Both the position numbers and the translations under genes were made by a program. From positions 1-59,447 of the forward strand of contig JBJDXJ010000018.1 in the NCBI GenBank assembly GCA_051866635.1: a stretch of DNA of 59,447 bases, in the 5' to 3' direction. This DNA is from Clostridia bacterium. Lineage in GTDB: Bacteria; Bacillota; Clostridia; UMGS1883. Shown piece after piece: positions 19,149 through 31,360 of the stretch. Under the pieces are notes generated by a model. The model saw only the letters and a list, made by a program, of their open reading frames with translations, was not told the DNA's origin and did no database searches. Position 1 is the first letter of the stretch. Each line of letters starts with the position of its first letter.

Positions 19149-20983
19149 TGTGCGTCACCCTCCTCTTCCTTTTTCAACTCACCGTTAAAGGCCTTGATGA
19201 ATTCCTGACCGTCAAGCTTTTCAAACTCAATAAGTGCATTTGCAACGTTGTGAAGCTTATCAATGTTTTCTGTAAGAAGCTTTTCACATCTTTCATAACA
19301 TAAGTCAACAATAGCCTTGATTTCTCTGTCAATTTCAGCTGCCTTTTCCTGTGAGAAATGATTTCCCTGAGAGAAATCTCTGCCTAAGAACACTTCGTGG
19401 TCATCGCCTGTAAAGCTTAAGAAACCTAAGTTTTCGCTCATACCGTAGCTCATAACCATCTTTGTGGCAGTCTTTGTAGCAGACTCAATATCGCCGCTGG
19501 CACCTGTATTTATTTCGTTGAATATGATTTTTTCAGCCATTCGTCCGCCCATGCATACAACAATTCTGTCAAGCATTTCTTCTTTTGAAATATATGCCTT
19601 GTCTGTATCGGGCAAATAGAAGGTAAATCCGCCTGCATGACCGCGGGGGATTATAGATACCTGATGAACGTTGTCCTGTGTGGGAAGAAGGTGTGCTAAA
19701 ACTGCGTGACCTGCTTCATGATAAGCAGTTTGCTTCTTATGCTTTTCTTTATCAGCTCTGTCCTTCTTTTCAGGACCCATAACAACCTTCAATATTGCTT
19801 CGTCTATTTCGCTCTGACCGATTTTTTCTTTATTTGTTCTTGCCGCTAAAATTGCCGCTTCGTTAAGAATATTTTCAAGGTCTGCACCTGTAAAGCCGTA
19901 AGTTGACTTTGCTATCTTTTCCAAACTTACAGTGTCATCAAGAGGCTTATTTTTCGCATGTATGCTAAGTATTGCCTCTCTGCCCTTCTGGTCGGGGTAA
20001 CCAACTACAACCTGACGGTCAAATCTGCCCGGACGCAAAAGTGCAGGGTCAAGTATGTCTGCACGGTTTGTTGCGGCAATTATAATAATGCCTGAATTTG
20101 TGCCAAATCCGTCCATTTCAACCAAAAGCTGGTTTAATGTCTGCTCTCTTTCGTCGTGACCGCCGCCTAAGCCTGTGCCACGCTGACGACCCACAGCATC
20201 AATTTCATCAATAAATATAATTGCAGGAAGGTTCTTTCTTGCCTGTTCAAACAAGTCACGCACTCTTGAAGCACCGACACCTACAAACATTTCAACAAAG
20301 TCACTGCCACTCATGGAGAAAAAGGGTACCCCCGCCTCACCTGCAACAGCTTTTGCAAGAAGTGTTTTACCTGTACCGGGAGGTCCCACCAAAAGTACGC
20401 CCTTGGGAATTCTTGCACCTAAAGAAGTAAACTTCTTGGGGTCACGAAGGAAATCAACAATTTCGCTTAATTCCTTCTTTTCTTCGTCAACACCGGCAAC
20501 GCAGTCAAAAGTTACCCTTGTGCCGTTTTCTTCCGGTGATTTTGCTTTACTTTTACCAAAACCGCCCATTGCCCCTTTGCCGCCCTGTGACTGTTTAATG
20601 AAGAACATCCATACACCCACAAAAAGGACCAGCATAATAAGGCTAGGAATCATGGAAACCCACCATGGAACAGTTGTTTCAGGTGTGGACACGGTAAGTG
20701 TTCCCTCGGATATCTGTTTGTCAATTTCGTCACTTATGGGAGAAGACAAAATCCATGAACGTCCCGGAATTTCAACAACATTTGTACTGCCGTTCTTATA
20801 AGTTACCTTTGCTGTTGTATCCATAAGTTCAAGGTTTGTTACGTTTCCCTCACGGATTTCATTACAAAGGTCAGAGTACACTGTTTCATTAACCATAGGC
20901 TGTTGGGCGAACATGCTTACGGTGATTGCAATTACTGCAGTTAAGGCTATAACAAAGCCTAAATTTTTAAATCCTTTTTTCAA
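19145..20983 (-). CDS. ftsH: ATP-dependent zinc metalloprotease FtsH
   Basis: Two transmembrane segments, [17 protein letters not shown] and HEAGH motifs. Confidence 0.98.
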   Translation of the reverse strand: MKKGFKNLGFVIALTAVIAITVSMFAQQPMVNETVYSDLCNEIREGNVTNLELMDTTAKVTYKNGSTNVVEIPGRSWILSSPISDEIDKQISEGTLTVSTPETTVPWWVSMIPSLIMLVLFVGVWMFFIKQSQGGKGAMGGFGKSKAKSPEENGTRVTFDCVAGVDEEKKELSEIVDFLRDPKKFTSLGARIPKGVLLVGPPGTGKTLLAKAVAGEAGVPFFSMSGSDFVEMFVGVGASRVRDLFEQARKNLPAIIFIDEIDAVGRQRGTGLGGGHDEREQTLNQLLVEMDGFGTNSGIIIIAATNRADILDPALLRPGRFDRQVVVGYPDQKGREAILSIHAKNKPLDDTVSLEKIAKSTYGFTGADLENILNEAAILAARTNKEKIGQSEIDEAILKVVMGPEKKDRADKEKHKKQTAYHEAGHAVLAHLLPTQDNVHQVSIIPRGHAGGFTFYLPDTDKAYISKEEMLDRIVVCMGGRMAEKIIFNEINTGASGDIESATKTATKMVMSYGMSENLGFLSFTGDDHEVFLGRDFSQGNHFSQEKAAEIDREIKAIVDLCYERCEKLLTENIDKLHNVANALIEFEKLDGQEFIKAFNGELKKEEEGDAQ

Positions 20984-21003
20984 CTTATCATTGCCTCCTT
21001 GGC

Positions 21004-21567
21004 TTACTTATCGTTTTCATAAACTTCCGGCTTAAGAACACCCACAAAAGGAAACTGACGGTATCTGTGGTCATAGTCAAGACCGTAGCCCACCGCAAAT
21101 TTATTGGGAATATCAAAGCCTATATACTTAGGTGTCATATCCACAACACGTCTTTCAGGCTTATCAAGCAGTGTACAAATTTCTACACTTTTTGCACCCT
21201 CGCTTAACAAAAATTCCTTTACAGCAGAAAGAGTTCTGCCTGTGTCAACAATGTCTTCCACAATAAGTATATCCTTATCTGCCACAACAAAACCTTTTCC
21301 TTTTATTATATCCACTTTTCCCTTGGATTCTGTGCCTTCGTAGCTTGATGCGAAAATAAACATCACCCTTGCAGGAACAGTAAGTGTGCGGATAATGTCA
21401 GATGCAAACATAAAGCTTCCCGTAAGAACAGATAACACGCAAACCTCTCTGCCCTCATAGTCACGGCTGATCTGGGCCCCGAGCTCTTTAATTCTTTTCT
21501 GAATTTCTTCCTCTGTTATCAGCACTTCTTCAATTACATCAGCTATATCAAACTTCTTATCTTCCAT
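21004..21567 (-). CDS. hpt: Hypoxanthine phosphoribosyltransferase
   Basis: [10 protein letters not shown] and VGYGLDY motifs; tilS-hpt-ftsH order. Confidence 0.96.
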   Translation of the reverse strand: MEDKKFDIADVIEEVLITEEEIQKRIKELGAQISRDYEGREVCVLSVLTGSFMFASDIIRTLTVPARVMFIFASSYEGTESKGKVDIIKGKGFVVADKDILIVEDIVDTGRTLSAVKEFLLSEGAKSVEICTLLDKPERRVVDMTPKYIGFDIPNKFAVGYGLDYDHRYRQFPFVGVLKPEVYENDK

Positions 21568-21582
21568 CTCTTTCTCCTTTGA

Positions 21583-22920
21583 TTAAACCTTTTTATATTC
21601 CGCAACTAAAAACCTTTTTGTATTTTCATCAGGCAGGTAATTCTTGCTTTTTCTTATCCCGGGAATAAACAAAACCTCACAACCCTTTGCAATAAGGGTT
21701 ATTTCATCACGCTTACCTTTAGGAATTTTCATATCTATAAAAAGAGATTTAAGCTTTTTTCTGCCGTTCATACCAAAGGGATAAATATAGTCCCCGTCAC
21801 ATCTTGTGCGTATTGAAACTTCTTCACCAAGCTTATCAGCGTCAAAGACTGCTATTAATTTATTATCTCGTATTTTTTCGCTTTTGTCAACAGTTTTTAC
21901 ATTCCAAAGCCCTATCTTAACTGATAATTCAAGATTTTCACCAAGTTTAATAATACATTCTTCATAATTTTTACATTTTTTACCGTCTGTCTTTACCACA
22001 TAGGAATATTCCTTTACAATTTTTACACCCGAGCCTAAATCTCTCTCTTTTCCTGTCTGTGATAAAATAACATCCTCCAAAGCCTCAATGCTTTTACTGT
22101 CAATTTCTTCTACACCCCACCCTTTAAGGGCATTTACGCAAACTCTCCTTTTGAGGCTGTCATGAAGGGGCAAAAATTTATCAATTATAATCTTTTCCCC
22201 GTCAAAGGCACCTGTTTTTGTTGCAAGAGCACACAAATATTCATCATCGCTTTTTGCAAATTCCTCGCTCATTGCGATTTTTTTAACTGCCTTGGGAAAG
22301 GTTTTTTCAATTTCTTTAATTATTACGTTACGTATGTTGTTTCTTGTGTACGTGCTGTCCTTATTGGTGTAATCCTCACGCCAGGTGATGCCCTGCTTTA
22401 CAAGGTAGGCTTCAATTTCCTTTTTGGAAACGTTTACAAGGGGCCTTATTATATTATCCCTTTTAAAGGGAATACCTCTAAGACCTCCGCTTCCCCTAAA
22501 AAGGTTTAAAAGAACAGTTTCCACTCTGTCATTTATATGATGGCCTGTGGCAATTATGCCTCCGCCCAATTCTTTGCACACTTCGTCAAAAAACAAATAC
22601 CTCTCAAATCTTCCGCACTCTTCCTCACCTATGGACTTTTCCTTTGCAAGAAGTGGCACATCCACCTTTTTTGTGAAAATTTCAACACCGATTTTTTGGC
22701 AGAAATCCTTAACAAATTCACTATCCTCATCTGCATCCTTGCCGCGGATGGAATGATTTAAGTGTGCGGCGTAAAGCTCAAACTGTAATTTATCACGCAG
22801 CTTATAAAGCACATAAAGCAGAGCCATGGAGTCTGCGCCCCCTGAGAGAGCGCACACCACCTTGTCACCTGCTTTTATCATATTATACTTTTTAATTGTT
22901 GTAAGTACCCTGTCAAGCAC
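21583..22920 (-). CDS. tilS: tRNA(Ile)-lysidine synthase
   Basis: SGGADS PP-loop, IIRPL and RNNIR motifs. Confidence 0.96.
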   Translation of the reverse strand: MLDRVLTTIKKYNMIKAGDKVVCALSGGADSMALLYVLYKLRDKLQFELYAAHLNHSIRGKDADEDSEFVKDFCQKIGVEIFTKKVDVPLLAKEKSIGEEECGRFERYLFFDEVCKELGGGIIATGHHINDRVETVLLNLFRGSGGLRGIPFKRDNIIRPLVNVSKKEIEAYLVKQGITWREDYTNKDSTYTRNNIRNVIIKEIEKTFPKAVKKIAMSEEFAKSDDEYLCALATKTGAFDGEKIIIDKFLPLHDSLKRRVCVNALKGWGVEEIDSKSIEALEDVILSQTGKERDLGSGVKIVKEYSYVVKTDGKKCKNYEECIIKLGENLELSVKIGLWNVKTVDKSEKIRDNKLIAVFDADKLGEEVSIRTRCDGDYIYPFGMNGRKKLKSLFIDMKIPKGKRDEITLIAKGCEVLFIPGIRKSKNYLPDENTKRFLVAEYKKV

Positions 22921-22928
22921 CCTACCAC

Positions 22929-24260
22929 CTAATTTCTGTTATCCAGATTCATAAACTTTGTATATTCACCACGCCATGCAAGGTTTACAGACCTACACTC
23001 ACCGCCACGGTGCTTAGCCACAATACATTCCACAATATTGCTCTTTTCGGCACTCTGGTCCTCTGCCGCCGTATCGGGATTATATAAAAGCATTACAATA
23101 TCAGCATCCTGTTCAATGGCACCACTTTCCCTAAGGTCGCTTATCTGAGGACGCTTATCCTTTCTGGCTTCACTTGTTCTGTTAAGCTGTGACAGCGTTA
23201 TAACGGGAATTTCCAATTCCTTCGCCATAATCTTAAGAGCACGGGAAATTTCACCGATTATCTGTGAACGATTATCACTGTTGCCTTTGCCTTCCATAAG
23301 TTGCAAATAGTCAATAACAACCATGCCAATGTTTTTTTCAAGTTTAAGTCGTCTGCACTTTGCCCTTATTTCTGAAATGGAAATACCGGGAGTATCGTCA
23401 ATATATATGGGTGCATTAATAATTCCCTTTAATGAATGGGCAAGCTTTGTCATATCGGAAGGTGCTAAATCTCCCACACGCATTTTTTCACTTGAAACTA
23501 ATGCCTCACTTGACATTACACGGTTTACAAGCTCCTCCTTACTCATTTCAAGGCTGAAAATAGCAACGGGGATATTGTGCCTTATGGCAGCATTTTCCGC
23601 TATGTTCAAGGCAAACGAGGTTTTACCTACACCGGGACGTGCGGCTACAATTACCAAAGTGCTTTTCTGAAGTCCCGCCGTCAGCTTATCAAGCTCTTTA
23701 AAACCTGTGGGGACACCTGTAATTGAAGAACCTTTCTTCTTAAGCTCCTGTAAAAGTGCCATGGAGCTTTGCACAACCTCTTTAATATGGTAAAAGCCCT
23801 TTGTGCCCCGTTTGTCAAGAATATTGAAAATAAGCTGTTCACTTTTATCAAGTATTGCAGTTACTTCTTCTTTGTCCGCAGTGGAAATATCAATAATTTC
23901 ACTTGCCGCATTGACAAGCTTTCTTAAAATGCTCCTGCCCTCAACTATAGAAATATAGTGTGATAAGTTTTCTGTTGAAAGCACGTTCTGCACAATGCCT
24001 GAAATATATCCCATACCGCCCACAGCATCAATATCCGAGCCTAATTTGTCAGACAAGGTTACAACGTCAACAGGCTTACCCTCGTTAAAAAGGTTTTCCA
24101 TTGCATTGTATATTGTCTTGTGGGCATTTGTATAAAAATCATCGGCACTTAGCGATTCAACACATTTAACAAGAGCTTTATCGTCAAATATCATACTGCC
24201 CAACACAGCCTGTTCGGCTTCAATGTTGTAGGGCATTGTTTTTCCGATTGGAAGTTCCAT
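22929..24260 (-). CDS. dnaB: Replicative DNA helicase
   Basis: AEQAVLG, AARPGVGKT, IDYLQLM and SDLRESGAIEQDAD motifs. Confidence 0.98.
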   Translation of the reverse strand: MELPIGKTMPYNIEAEQAVLGSMIFDDKALVKCVESLSADDFYTNAHKTIYNAMENLFNEGKPVDVVTLSDKLGSDIDAVGGMGYISGIVQNVLSTENLSHYISIVEGRSILRKLVNAASEIIDISTADKEEVTAILDKSEQLIFNILDKRGTKGFYHIKEVVQSSMALLQELKKKGSSITGVPTGFKELDKLTAGLQKSTLVIVAARPGVGKTSFALNIAENAAIRHNIPVAIFSLEMSKEELVNRVMSSEALVSSEKMRVGDLAPSDMTKLAHSLKGIINAPIYIDDTPGISISEIRAKCRRLKLEKNIGMVVIDYLQLMEGKGNSDNRSQIIGEISRALKIMAKELEIPVITLSQLNRTSEARKDKRPQISDLRESGAIEQDADIVMLLYNPDTAAEDQSAEKSNIVECIVAKHRGGECRSVNLAWRGEYTKFMNLDNRN

Positions 24261-24281
24261 ACATATTCCCTCCGAAGAGAA

Positions 24282-24728
24282 TTATTCACCCGTAACCGTT
24301 ACAGTAATTTTTGCACTGATTTCGGGGTAAACCTTAATTTCAACTTCATGGTCACCCACGGTCTTTATCCCGTCGGGAAGAACCACCTTTCTCTTATCAA
24401 CAACAACATGGAGCTGATATTTTACAGCATCTGCCACATTCTGATTAGTAATCTTTCCGAAAAGCTTGCCGTTGTCGCCGGCTTTGGAACTGATTGTAAC
24501 CTTTTTGCCTTCTATTTGAGCTTTAATTTCCTTAGCCTGAATAATTTCCTGTTCCTTATGGTAAGCCTTAGCTTCGTTCTTGCCCTTCACTTCATTAAGA
24601 GCACCCTTTGTTGCCTCCTTGGCAAGACCACGGGGAAGAAGGAAATTTCTTGCATATCCATCGCTTGCCTCAACAACATCGCCTTTTTTACCGTGACCCT
24701 TTACATCTGTTAAAAGTACTACTTTCAT
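24282..24728 (-). CDS. rplI: 50S ribosomal protein L9
   Basis: [16 protein letters not shown]...GYARNFLLP; GKLFG. Confidence 0.97.
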   Translation of the reverse strand: MKVVLLTDVKGHGKKGDVVEASDGYARNFLLPRGLAKEATKGALNEVKGKNEAKAYHKEQEIIQAKEIKAQIEGKKVTISSKAGDNGKLFGKITNQNVADAVKYQLHVVVDKRKVVLPDGIKTVGDHEVEIKVYPEISAKITVTVTGE

Positions 24729-24747
24729 ATTTTTCATCCTTTCAATA

Positions 24748-26718
24748 TTATTCGTATTTTTTAAGTGCGTCCATAAGCATTTCTTCAGCCTTGTCAACGT
24801 CACAATCTTCTATCCTTACGGCACCTGCCAGCATATGACCGCCGCCGCCTAACATTTCGCATATTACCTGAACATTAAAGTCCCCGTAGCTTCTGCCGCT
24901 TATAGACACCGCATTTGTGCTTGTGGGAGCTATAACAAATGATACTGTTATGCCTTCAAGGTTCAAAATGTCGTTTGCCGCCTTTGCAAGAACCTCTTGT
25001 GCCTCAGTTTCCGTATAAACCTTGCTTATACCGATACCGTTTTTATAAACCTCTACAGAGGAAACAATTCTTGCTCTTTCGTTATACGCCTCCATTGTTT
25101 CCTTCATGCACTTTTTAATGTTTACCGTGTCTGCACCTAACTTTTTAAGGTACGCTACCGCTTCAAAGGTTCTCACGCCTGTTTTGTAAATAAAGTCGTT
25201 TGTGTCCACCAATATACCTGCATATATGGCTTCCGCAACCTCGGAATTAATACCGCTTCTGCCTATATACTGGAACATTTCCGTTATCATCTCACAAGTG
25301 GAGGAGGCGGAAGGCTCGTGATAAGTAAGGTCGGTATTTGTTATAAAGTCCTCGCTTCTTCTGTGGTGGTCAATAAGAACTACAGTTTCCGCCATGTCCA
25401 ATACTTCTGTGGAAGCCACCAAACTTCGTCTGTGGGTATCACAAACAATTACCAAGGTTTTTTCCCTTACAAGCTCCCTTGCTTGCATCTTATTTACAAA
25501 CAGGCTCCAGTGGGTCTGATTTTTTTCAAAATTCCTCATTATATATTTTACGGTGGAATCATATGTTTCTATCAAAACCTTTGCCTGTTTTCCCCTTGCC
25601 ATTGCCACACAGGCAAGTGCAACAGAAGAACCGAAAGCATCTGCGTCTGCATAATTGTGACCCATAACTATAACATTTTCACATTCGTCAATAAGGCTCA
25701 CTAAGGCAAGTGCCTTTATTCTCGCCTTAACCTTTGTCCTCTTTTCCGTTTCACGGCTCTTGCCGCCGTAATAAGTAAAGTTATTGCCGTCCTTGACAAC
25801 CGCCTGGTCACCGCCTCGGCCCAAAGCCATATCAAGTGCAGTTTTTGCGAAGAAATCAATTTCGTTAATGTCTGCCCCGTCAATACCTACGCCGATACTT
25901 AACGTTGGCTCAATAACACTTTCGCCGCCTAAGGTTTTTACCTTTTCAAGAATGTCAAATTTTGAAGCTTTAATTTTTTCTAACATACCTGCGTTTAAAA
26001 TGCACAGGTATTTGCCCTTTTCCATCCGTCTTATACTTCCGCCAAGATTTTTACCCCAGTCAAAAACAAGCTTTTCAATTTCCTTTTCCGCCTGATAAGA
26101 TGCATCATTGCCATCATCGGTTACAAGCTCGTCATAATTGTCAATAAGGATATGTGCCACAACTGTTCTGCCGTCAGATGCCATTTTCTTAAGCTGTTCC
26201 TTTTCGGTTATATCGCTTAAGGTAATAACAAATGCACTGTCAGAGGCATTATCAGCCTTGAAGGGTACGTTGACCATCATATAGCAACGGTTATTATGTT
26301 CAATCCTTTTTTCTTCACCTGTCTGCATTTTACAGAGTGTATCCATCGTGATGGCACTTATATGTGTTGTTATGCCATCATGCATGGCAACGGTTGGACA
26401 TATTTCCTCAAACACATCGTTCCACCATGTAATCTTACCGTCGGTGCTTACCGCAACCATGGCAACCATTACGCCGCGTGTTACGTCAAACTTGTCATCT
26501 GTCTGTGTCATGGAAGAAAAATATTTTTCCATGTTCTCCATCCTGAGATAATTTTTTAAAAGTACACCTAAAGTCATGGCAATGGACAGTGCAATAAGAA
26601 CAATACCTGCGAACAGATTAAAAAAGCACATCCATATTCCAAAAAGAATTACAAGCATAAAATATAAAAAAGGCGTATTTTTTAATATAAAATTAAAATA
26701 TCCGTTTTTTCTTTTCAT
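24748..26718 (-). CDS. gdpP: Cyclic-di-AMP phosphodiesterase (DHH/DHHA1)
   Basis: N-terminal transmembrane segments, [13 protein letters not shown] and GGGGH motifs; upstream of rplI-dnaB. Confidence 0.92.
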   Translation of the reverse strand: MKRKNGYFNFILKNTPFLYFMLVILFGIWMCFFNLFAGIVLIALSIAMTLGVLLKNYLRMENMEKYFSSMTQTDDKFDVTRGVMVAMVAVSTDGKITWWNDVFEEICPTVAMHDGITTHISAITMDTLCKMQTGEEKRIEHNNRCYMMVNVPFKADNASDSAFVITLSDITEKEQLKKMASDGRTVVAHILIDNYDELVTDDGNDASYQAEKEIEKLVFDWGKNLGGSIRRMEKGKYLCILNAGMLEKIKASKFDILEKVKTLGGESVIEPTLSIGVGIDGADINEIDFFAKTALDMALGRGGDQAVVKDGNNFTYYGGKSRETEKRTKVKARIKALALVSLIDECENVIVMGHNYADADAFGSSVALACVAMARGKQAKVLIETYDSTVKYIMRNFEKNQTHWSLFVNKMQARELVREKTLVIVCDTHRRSLVASTEVLDMAETVVLIDHHRRSEDFITNTDLTYHEPSASSTCEMITEMFQYIGRSGINSEVAEAIYAGILVDTNDFIYKTGVRTFEAVAYLKKLGADTVNIKKCMKETMEAYNERARIVSSVEVYKNGIGISKVYTETEAQEVLAKAANDILNLEGITVSFVIAPTSTNAVSISGRSYGDFNVQVICEMLGGGGHMLAGAVRIEDCDVDKAEEMLMDALKKYE

Positions 26719-26804
26719 TGCTACTCTCCCAAAATAAAACATATATATTATTATATAACATTTTATTTAAAATGTACAGTGTTTTTTTAATTATAGGAGT
26801 CTTT

Positions 26805-27053
26805 ATGAACCGTAAAAGTAATTATATTTCCGATTTCAGACACAAGGAGGTAATCGACATCACCTCAGGCAGTAAAATGGGTTTTATTACCGATGTTGAT
26901 GTGGATTTGGAAAAAGGTGTTGTAAATTCTGTAATTTTGCCGGGAAAAAGGCGTTTTTTCGGTTTTTTCCCCTCGGAGGATGTTGTTATACCATGGAAAA
27001 GCATACAAAAAATCGGTGACGACGTAATATTAGTCGTCACCGAAAGTGAATGA
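26805..27053 (+). CDS. YlmC/YmxH family PRC-barrel sporulation protein
   Basis: SDFRHKEVIDI...G.ITDVDVD...IPWKSIQKIGDDVILV; AGGAG RBS before ATG at 26805. Confidence 0.9.
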   Translation: MNRKSNYISDFRHKEVIDITSGSKMGFITDVDVDLEKGVVNSVILPGKRRFFGFFPSEDVVIPWKSIQKIGDDVILVVTESE

Positions 27054-27125
27054 TGTGCCGTAGTTCAAATTATCAAAAGATATGTTAAATCCTTCAGGAA
27101 ACGTTATGCTCATTGAGGTATTTTA

Positions 27126-27452
27126 TTATTCTTCGTTCAATTTCATATCGTCAAATATGATTTTAAGATAATCTCTCCGACCATATAATACACGATATAT
27201 TGAAACATATTGTTCATCAGTTTTATAGAATACGAGATAATTTCCGCTTACTATAAAGCGATAATCCGTTTCAAAAGGCACCTTGCTTGATAATGACGGT
27301 CCCATATTCGGAGAAAATTCCAAACGGCTGTAATCATTAATTATACGCTTAATAACATTATTAGCCGCTATGGGATTTGATAAATCATTTTCAATATATG
27401 CTTTGATTTCTTTCAAATCATTAAGTGCTGCCTGGGTAACTCGTATTTTCAT
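27126..27452 (-). CDS. Type II toxin, RelE/ParE family
   Basis: AALNDLKEIKAYI...NPIAA...NYLVFY...RVLYGRRDY pattern. Confidence 0.9.
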   Translation of the reverse strand: MKIRVTQAALNDLKEIKAYIENDLSNPIAANNVIKRIINDYSRLEFSPNMGPSLSSKVPFETDYRFIVSGNYLVFYKTDEQYVSIYRVLYGRRDYLKIIFDDMKLNEE

Positions 27453-27454
27453 TG

Positions 27455-27700
27455 CTATACCCCCAAAGCGATCTTTACATCATCATTAGATAACCAACCA
27501 TTGTCTTTTGCGGATTTTTCGCCTTCGGCAAGCTTTCCCATAAGTTTAATAATCGCCTTTGTTTTTTCGTATTCCTCAATATCCACAATCGCATATCTGC
27601 CCCTGCCGTTCTTTGTGAGAAATACCGGTTCATCAAATGATATTTCTTTTAGCACTTCTGCATAATTTCTTAAATCGGAAACAGGTCTGATATTTGGCAT
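27455..27700 (-). CDS. Type II antitoxin, Phd/YefM family
   Basis: MPNIRPVSDLRNY...PVFLTKNGRG; GGAGG RBS; 2 bp upstream of the toxin gene. Confidence 0.9.
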   Translation of the reverse strand: MPNIRPVSDLRNYAEVLKEISFDEPVFLTKNGRGRYAIVDIEEYEKTKAIIKLMGKLAEGEKSAKDNGWLSNDDVKIALGV

Positions 27701-27906
27701 ACATAACCCTCCTTTACATTCTGTTGTAATCATTGTATCATAATTTTAAGTAATATACAACAACAAACTAAAATTTTTAAAAAAATTACGCACAGCTTGA
27801 TTGCCATGCGTAAAACTTTAAGACAATTATTTTATATTTATATCAGATTTTCTGTATATGGTCATTATGGGTAAAAATGTTGTTCGTACAGTACAGATAT
27901 TTTTAA

Positions 27907-29217
27907 TTACATATCAGCCTTTGCTTTTTCAAGGCTGTCAAGTGCCTCATGGGCAATTTCAAGGTATCTTTCCTTTTTATTTTTAATTCTGCCCACATGA
28001 TGCTCAATAATGCCGAAGTTTGCGTTCATAGGCTGAAATCTGCCTTTAACTGCACCTACTGTAATATAATTACTGAGTGCTCCCGTAACGGTTGATGTGG
28101 GAAGAATAATTTCTTCTTTCCCGAGAATTTGTCTTGCGGCATTTATGCCTGCCATCATACCCGATGCGGCAGATTCAACATAGCCTTCGACACCTGTAAT
28201 CTGTCCTGCAAAATAAACCTTCGGGTACTTTTTCATGGCAAAGGTGGCGTTTAAAACCCGGGGTGAATTTATATAAGTATTTCTGTGCATCACACCAAGG
28301 CGTAAAAAGTTTGCATTTTCAAGGCCGGGTATCATTGAAAACACCCTTTTTTGCTCCCCGAACTTTAAATTCGTCTGAAAGCCTACCATGTTGAACATTG
28401 TTCCGGGAGTGTTGTCCTGTCTAAGCTGTACAACAGCATAAGGCTCCTTGCCCGTTTTGGGGTCAGGAAGTCCCTTGGGCTTTAAAGGTCCGAACCGCAG
28501 TGTATCAACGCCACGTGATGCCATAATCTCCACAGGCATACAACCTTCAAACACATTGGGCTTGTCAATATCCTCATGGATAGGTGCCCTTTCGGCGTTT
28601 ATAAGCTCGTTATAAAAATTAAGGTATTCGTCCTTATCCATGGGGCAGTTTATATAATCTGCCGTTCCCTTGTCGTAACGGGCACTTTTGTAAACCTTGT
28701 GAAAATCAATGCTTTCAGTTTCTATAACAGGTGCCGCCGCATCGTAAAAGGAAAGATATTCTGCACCTGTAAGTTTTTTTATGGGGTCACAAAGTGCTTC
28801 ATCTGTCAAGGGGCCTGTGGCAACAATTGTATAATTCTCTGTATCTATATCTGTCACAAGGCTGTTTATAACCTTTATATTTTCGTGACTTTTAATTTTT
28901 TCCGTTACCAATGCGGAAAACTTTTCTCTGTCCACTGCCAGTGCTCCCCCTGCAGGGACTTTTGTTTTATCAGCACATTCAATAATAAGTGAATTAAATC
29001 TTCTCATTTCCTCTTTTAAAAGTCCGCAGGCATTATCAAGACCTGCCCCTTTTAATGAATTAGAGCAGACCAATTCACAAAGGTCACTATTTTCATGGGC
29101 AGGAGAAAATTTCACAGGCTTCATTTCGTAAAGTTCAACTTTTACGCCCATCCGGGCAGCCTGCCACGCCGCTTCACATCCTGCTAAGCCGCCTCCGATT
29201 ATCTTTAATACGCTCAC
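27907..29217 (-). CDS. trmFO: tRNA (uracil-54-C5) methyltransferase, FAD/folate-dependent
   Basis: GGGLAGCEAAWQ, ELVCSNS and AGQITGVEGY motifs. Confidence 0.97.
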   Translation of the reverse strand: MSVLKIIGGGLAGCEAAWQAARMGVKVELYEMKPVKFSPAHENSDLCELVCSNSLKGAGLDNACGLLKEEMRRFNSLIIECADKTKVPAGGALAVDREKFSALVTEKIKSHENIKVINSLVTDIDTENYTIVATGPLTDEALCDPIKKLTGAEYLSFYDAAAPVIETESIDFHKVYKSARYDKGTADYINCPMDKDEYLNFYNELINAERAPIHEDIDKPNVFEGCMPVEIMASRGVDTLRFGPLKPKGLPDPKTGKEPYAVVQLRQDNTPGTMFNMVGFQTNLKFGEQKRVFSMIPGLENANFLRLGVMHRNTYINSPRVLNATFAMKKYPKVYFAGQITGVEGYVESAASGMMAGINAARQILGKEEIILPTSTVTGALSNYITVGAVKGRFQPMNANFGIIEHHVGRIKNKKERYLEIAHEALDSLEKAKADM

Positions 29218-29235
29218 TTTTCCCCCGCCTTTCTT

Positions 29236-31338
29236 TTATTCCTTTTCCTTGTTTTCGTCCTTCTTTTTACTGTTTGAACTACATTCGCTGTTTGAGCAAA
29301 CTGTCAAGCTTCCCTTTTTAAGGTACTTCTTCACCATAATACTGCCGCAAATGGGGCAAGGCGACTTAACAGGCTGATCCCACAGGAGGAAATCGCACCC
29401 GGGTGCATTTTCGCAAGCAAAATACTTTTTGCCCTTTTTACTCTTTTTCTCAACAATTCTCCCGTTACACTTGGGACAAGCCACGCCTGTGTCCTTCATA
29501 ACCGGCTTTGTATTTCTACATTCGGGGAAACCGGGACAAGCAAGGAACTTTCCGAATTTACTTACCTTTACCACCATGTTTCGTCCGCACTTGTCGCACA
29601 CTTCATCTGAAACCTCGTCTGCGATTTTTACTTTATCAATGTTCTTTTCTGCCTGTTCCAGAGTAATCTTAAAGGGTTCATAAAATTCTTTCAAAAGCTC
29701 AACCCAGTCTCTTTCTCCTTCTTCCACCTTATCAAGCTCCGCTTCCATGCCGGCAGTAAATTCAGCATCAACAATATCTTTAAAATTTGTCTGCATAATA
29801 TCGTTAACTATTTTGCCAAGCTCTGTGGGCTTAAGCATCTTTTTCTCACGGGCTACGTAGCCACGGCTGATAATAGTGGTGATTGTAGGCGTATAGGTAC
29901 TGGGTCTTCCGATACCGTTGTCCTTCATCATTTCAATAAGGCTGGCTTCCGTAAATCTTGAAGGTGCTTCTGTAAAGTGCTGGTCAGGTTCAATTTCTGA
30001 CAAAAGAAGCTTCTGGTTTTCTTCAAGTTTTAAAAGCTTTTTGGAATCCTTTGCCACAGCTTCATCACTGCCTTCAATATAAACCGCACGGTAACCGGGG
30101 AACTTGATGGCACTGCCTGATGCTTTGAATGTGACAGAATTTGCATCAATATCTGCCTGTACGGAATCGTAAATTGCACTTGTCATCTGGCAAGCTACAA
30201 ATCTTTCCCACACAAGTTTATACAGCTTGTACTGGTCTGAAGTAACGCTTTTCTGAATCATATCAGGCGTAATAGTACAGTCTGTGGGGCGGATTGCTTC
30301 GTGTGCATCCTGTGCACCCTTACCCACCTTATAGTAATTAGCTTTTTTAGGGAGATATTCCTCGCCGTATCTTTCGCCTATATAACTCCTTACCTCACGG
30401 AGTGCTTCTTCCGAAATACGCATAGAGTCTGTTCTCATATATGTTATAAGACCCATAGGACCACGTCCCGGCACATTTACGCCTTCATACAAGGATTGAG
30501 CATTGCTCATTGTCCTCTGTGAAGTAAAACCGATTTTACGGCTTGCTTCCTGAAGCATTGTACTTGTTGTAAAGGGCGGAAGGGGGTGTTTCTTCTTTTC
30601 GCTGTATGTTGCCTTTGTTACAACATAGGAAGCATTTTTTGCAATTTCTACTACCTTTTCTGCATCTTGTTGTGTATTTAACTCCTTTTTCTTTCCGCCT
30701 ACACCGTAGTAGCGGGCTTCAAAGGGATGCTTGCCCTTTTCGTCTGTAAGAAATGCCGTAATAGTCCAGTATTCCTTAGGAACAAAATTTTCAATCTCAG
30801 TTTCTCTGTCAACAATCATTTTTGTAACGGCACTCTGCACTCTGCCGGCAGACAAGCCTCTTTTAACCTTTTTCCAAAGGATGGGGCTTATTTTATAGCC
30901 CACCACTCTGTCTAAAACCCGTCGTGCCTGTTGGCTGTTAACCAAGTTTATATCAATACTTCTGGCATTCTTAAGAGATGCCACAACTGCATTTTTTGTT
31001 ACCTCGTTGAAAGTAATTCTGCAATCGGAGTTTTCATCAATGTCCAAAAGCTGTGCAAGATGCCAGCTTATTGCTTCACCCTCTCGGTCAGGGTCGGCTG
31101 CCAGATATACTTTGTCGGCACTTTTTGCGGCCTTTTTCATTTTAGCAATCAAATCGCCTTTTCCGCGTATAGTAATATATTTGGGCGAAAAGCCATCATC
31201 TACGTCAACACCTAAAGTGCTTTTTGGCAAATCCCTTACATGACCGATTGATGCCATAACGGTATAGTTTTTCCCTAAATATTTATTAATACTTTTAGCC
31301 TTAGCAGGCGACTCAACTATAACAAGATTTTTTGCCAT
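29236..31338 (-). CDS. topA: DNA topoisomerase I
   Basis: IVESPAKA, DPDREGE, SAGRVQS, ITYMRTD and C-terminal zinc ribbons. Confidence 0.98.
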   Translation of the reverse strand: MAKNLVIVESPAKAKSINKYLGKNYTVMASIGHVRDLPKSTLGVDVDDGFSPKYITIRGKGDLIAKMKKAAKSADKVYLAADPDREGEAISWHLAQLLDIDENSDCRITFNEVTKNAVVASLKNARSIDINLVNSQQARRVLDRVVGYKISPILWKKVKRGLSAGRVQSAVTKMIVDRETEIENFVPKEYWTITAFLTDEKGKHPFEARYYGVGGKKKELNTQQDAEKVVEIAKNASYVVTKATYSEKKKHPLPPFTTSTMLQEASRKIGFTSQRTMSNAQSLYEGVNVPGRGPMGLITYMRTDSMRISEEALREVRSYIGERYGEEYLPKKANYYKVGKGAQDAHEAIRPTDCTITPDMIQKSVTSDQYKLYKLVWERFVACQMTSAIYDSVQADIDANSVTFKASGSAIKFPGYRAVYIEGSDEAVAKDSKKLLKLEENQKLLLSEIEPDQHFTEAPSRFTEASLIEMMKDNGIGRPSTYTPTITTIISRGYVAREKKMLKPTELGKIVNDIMQTNFKDIVDAEFTAGMEAELDKVEEGERDWVELLKEFYEPFKITLEQAEKNIDKVKIADEVSDEVCDKCGRNMVVKVSKFGKFLACPGFPECRNTKPVMKDTGVACPKCNGRIVEKKSKKGKKYFACENAPGCDFLLWDQPVKSPCPICGSIMVKKYLKKGSLTVCSNSECSSNSKKKDENKEKE

Positions 31339-31360
31339 TTCCTAAGTCCTTTCCTTATAA

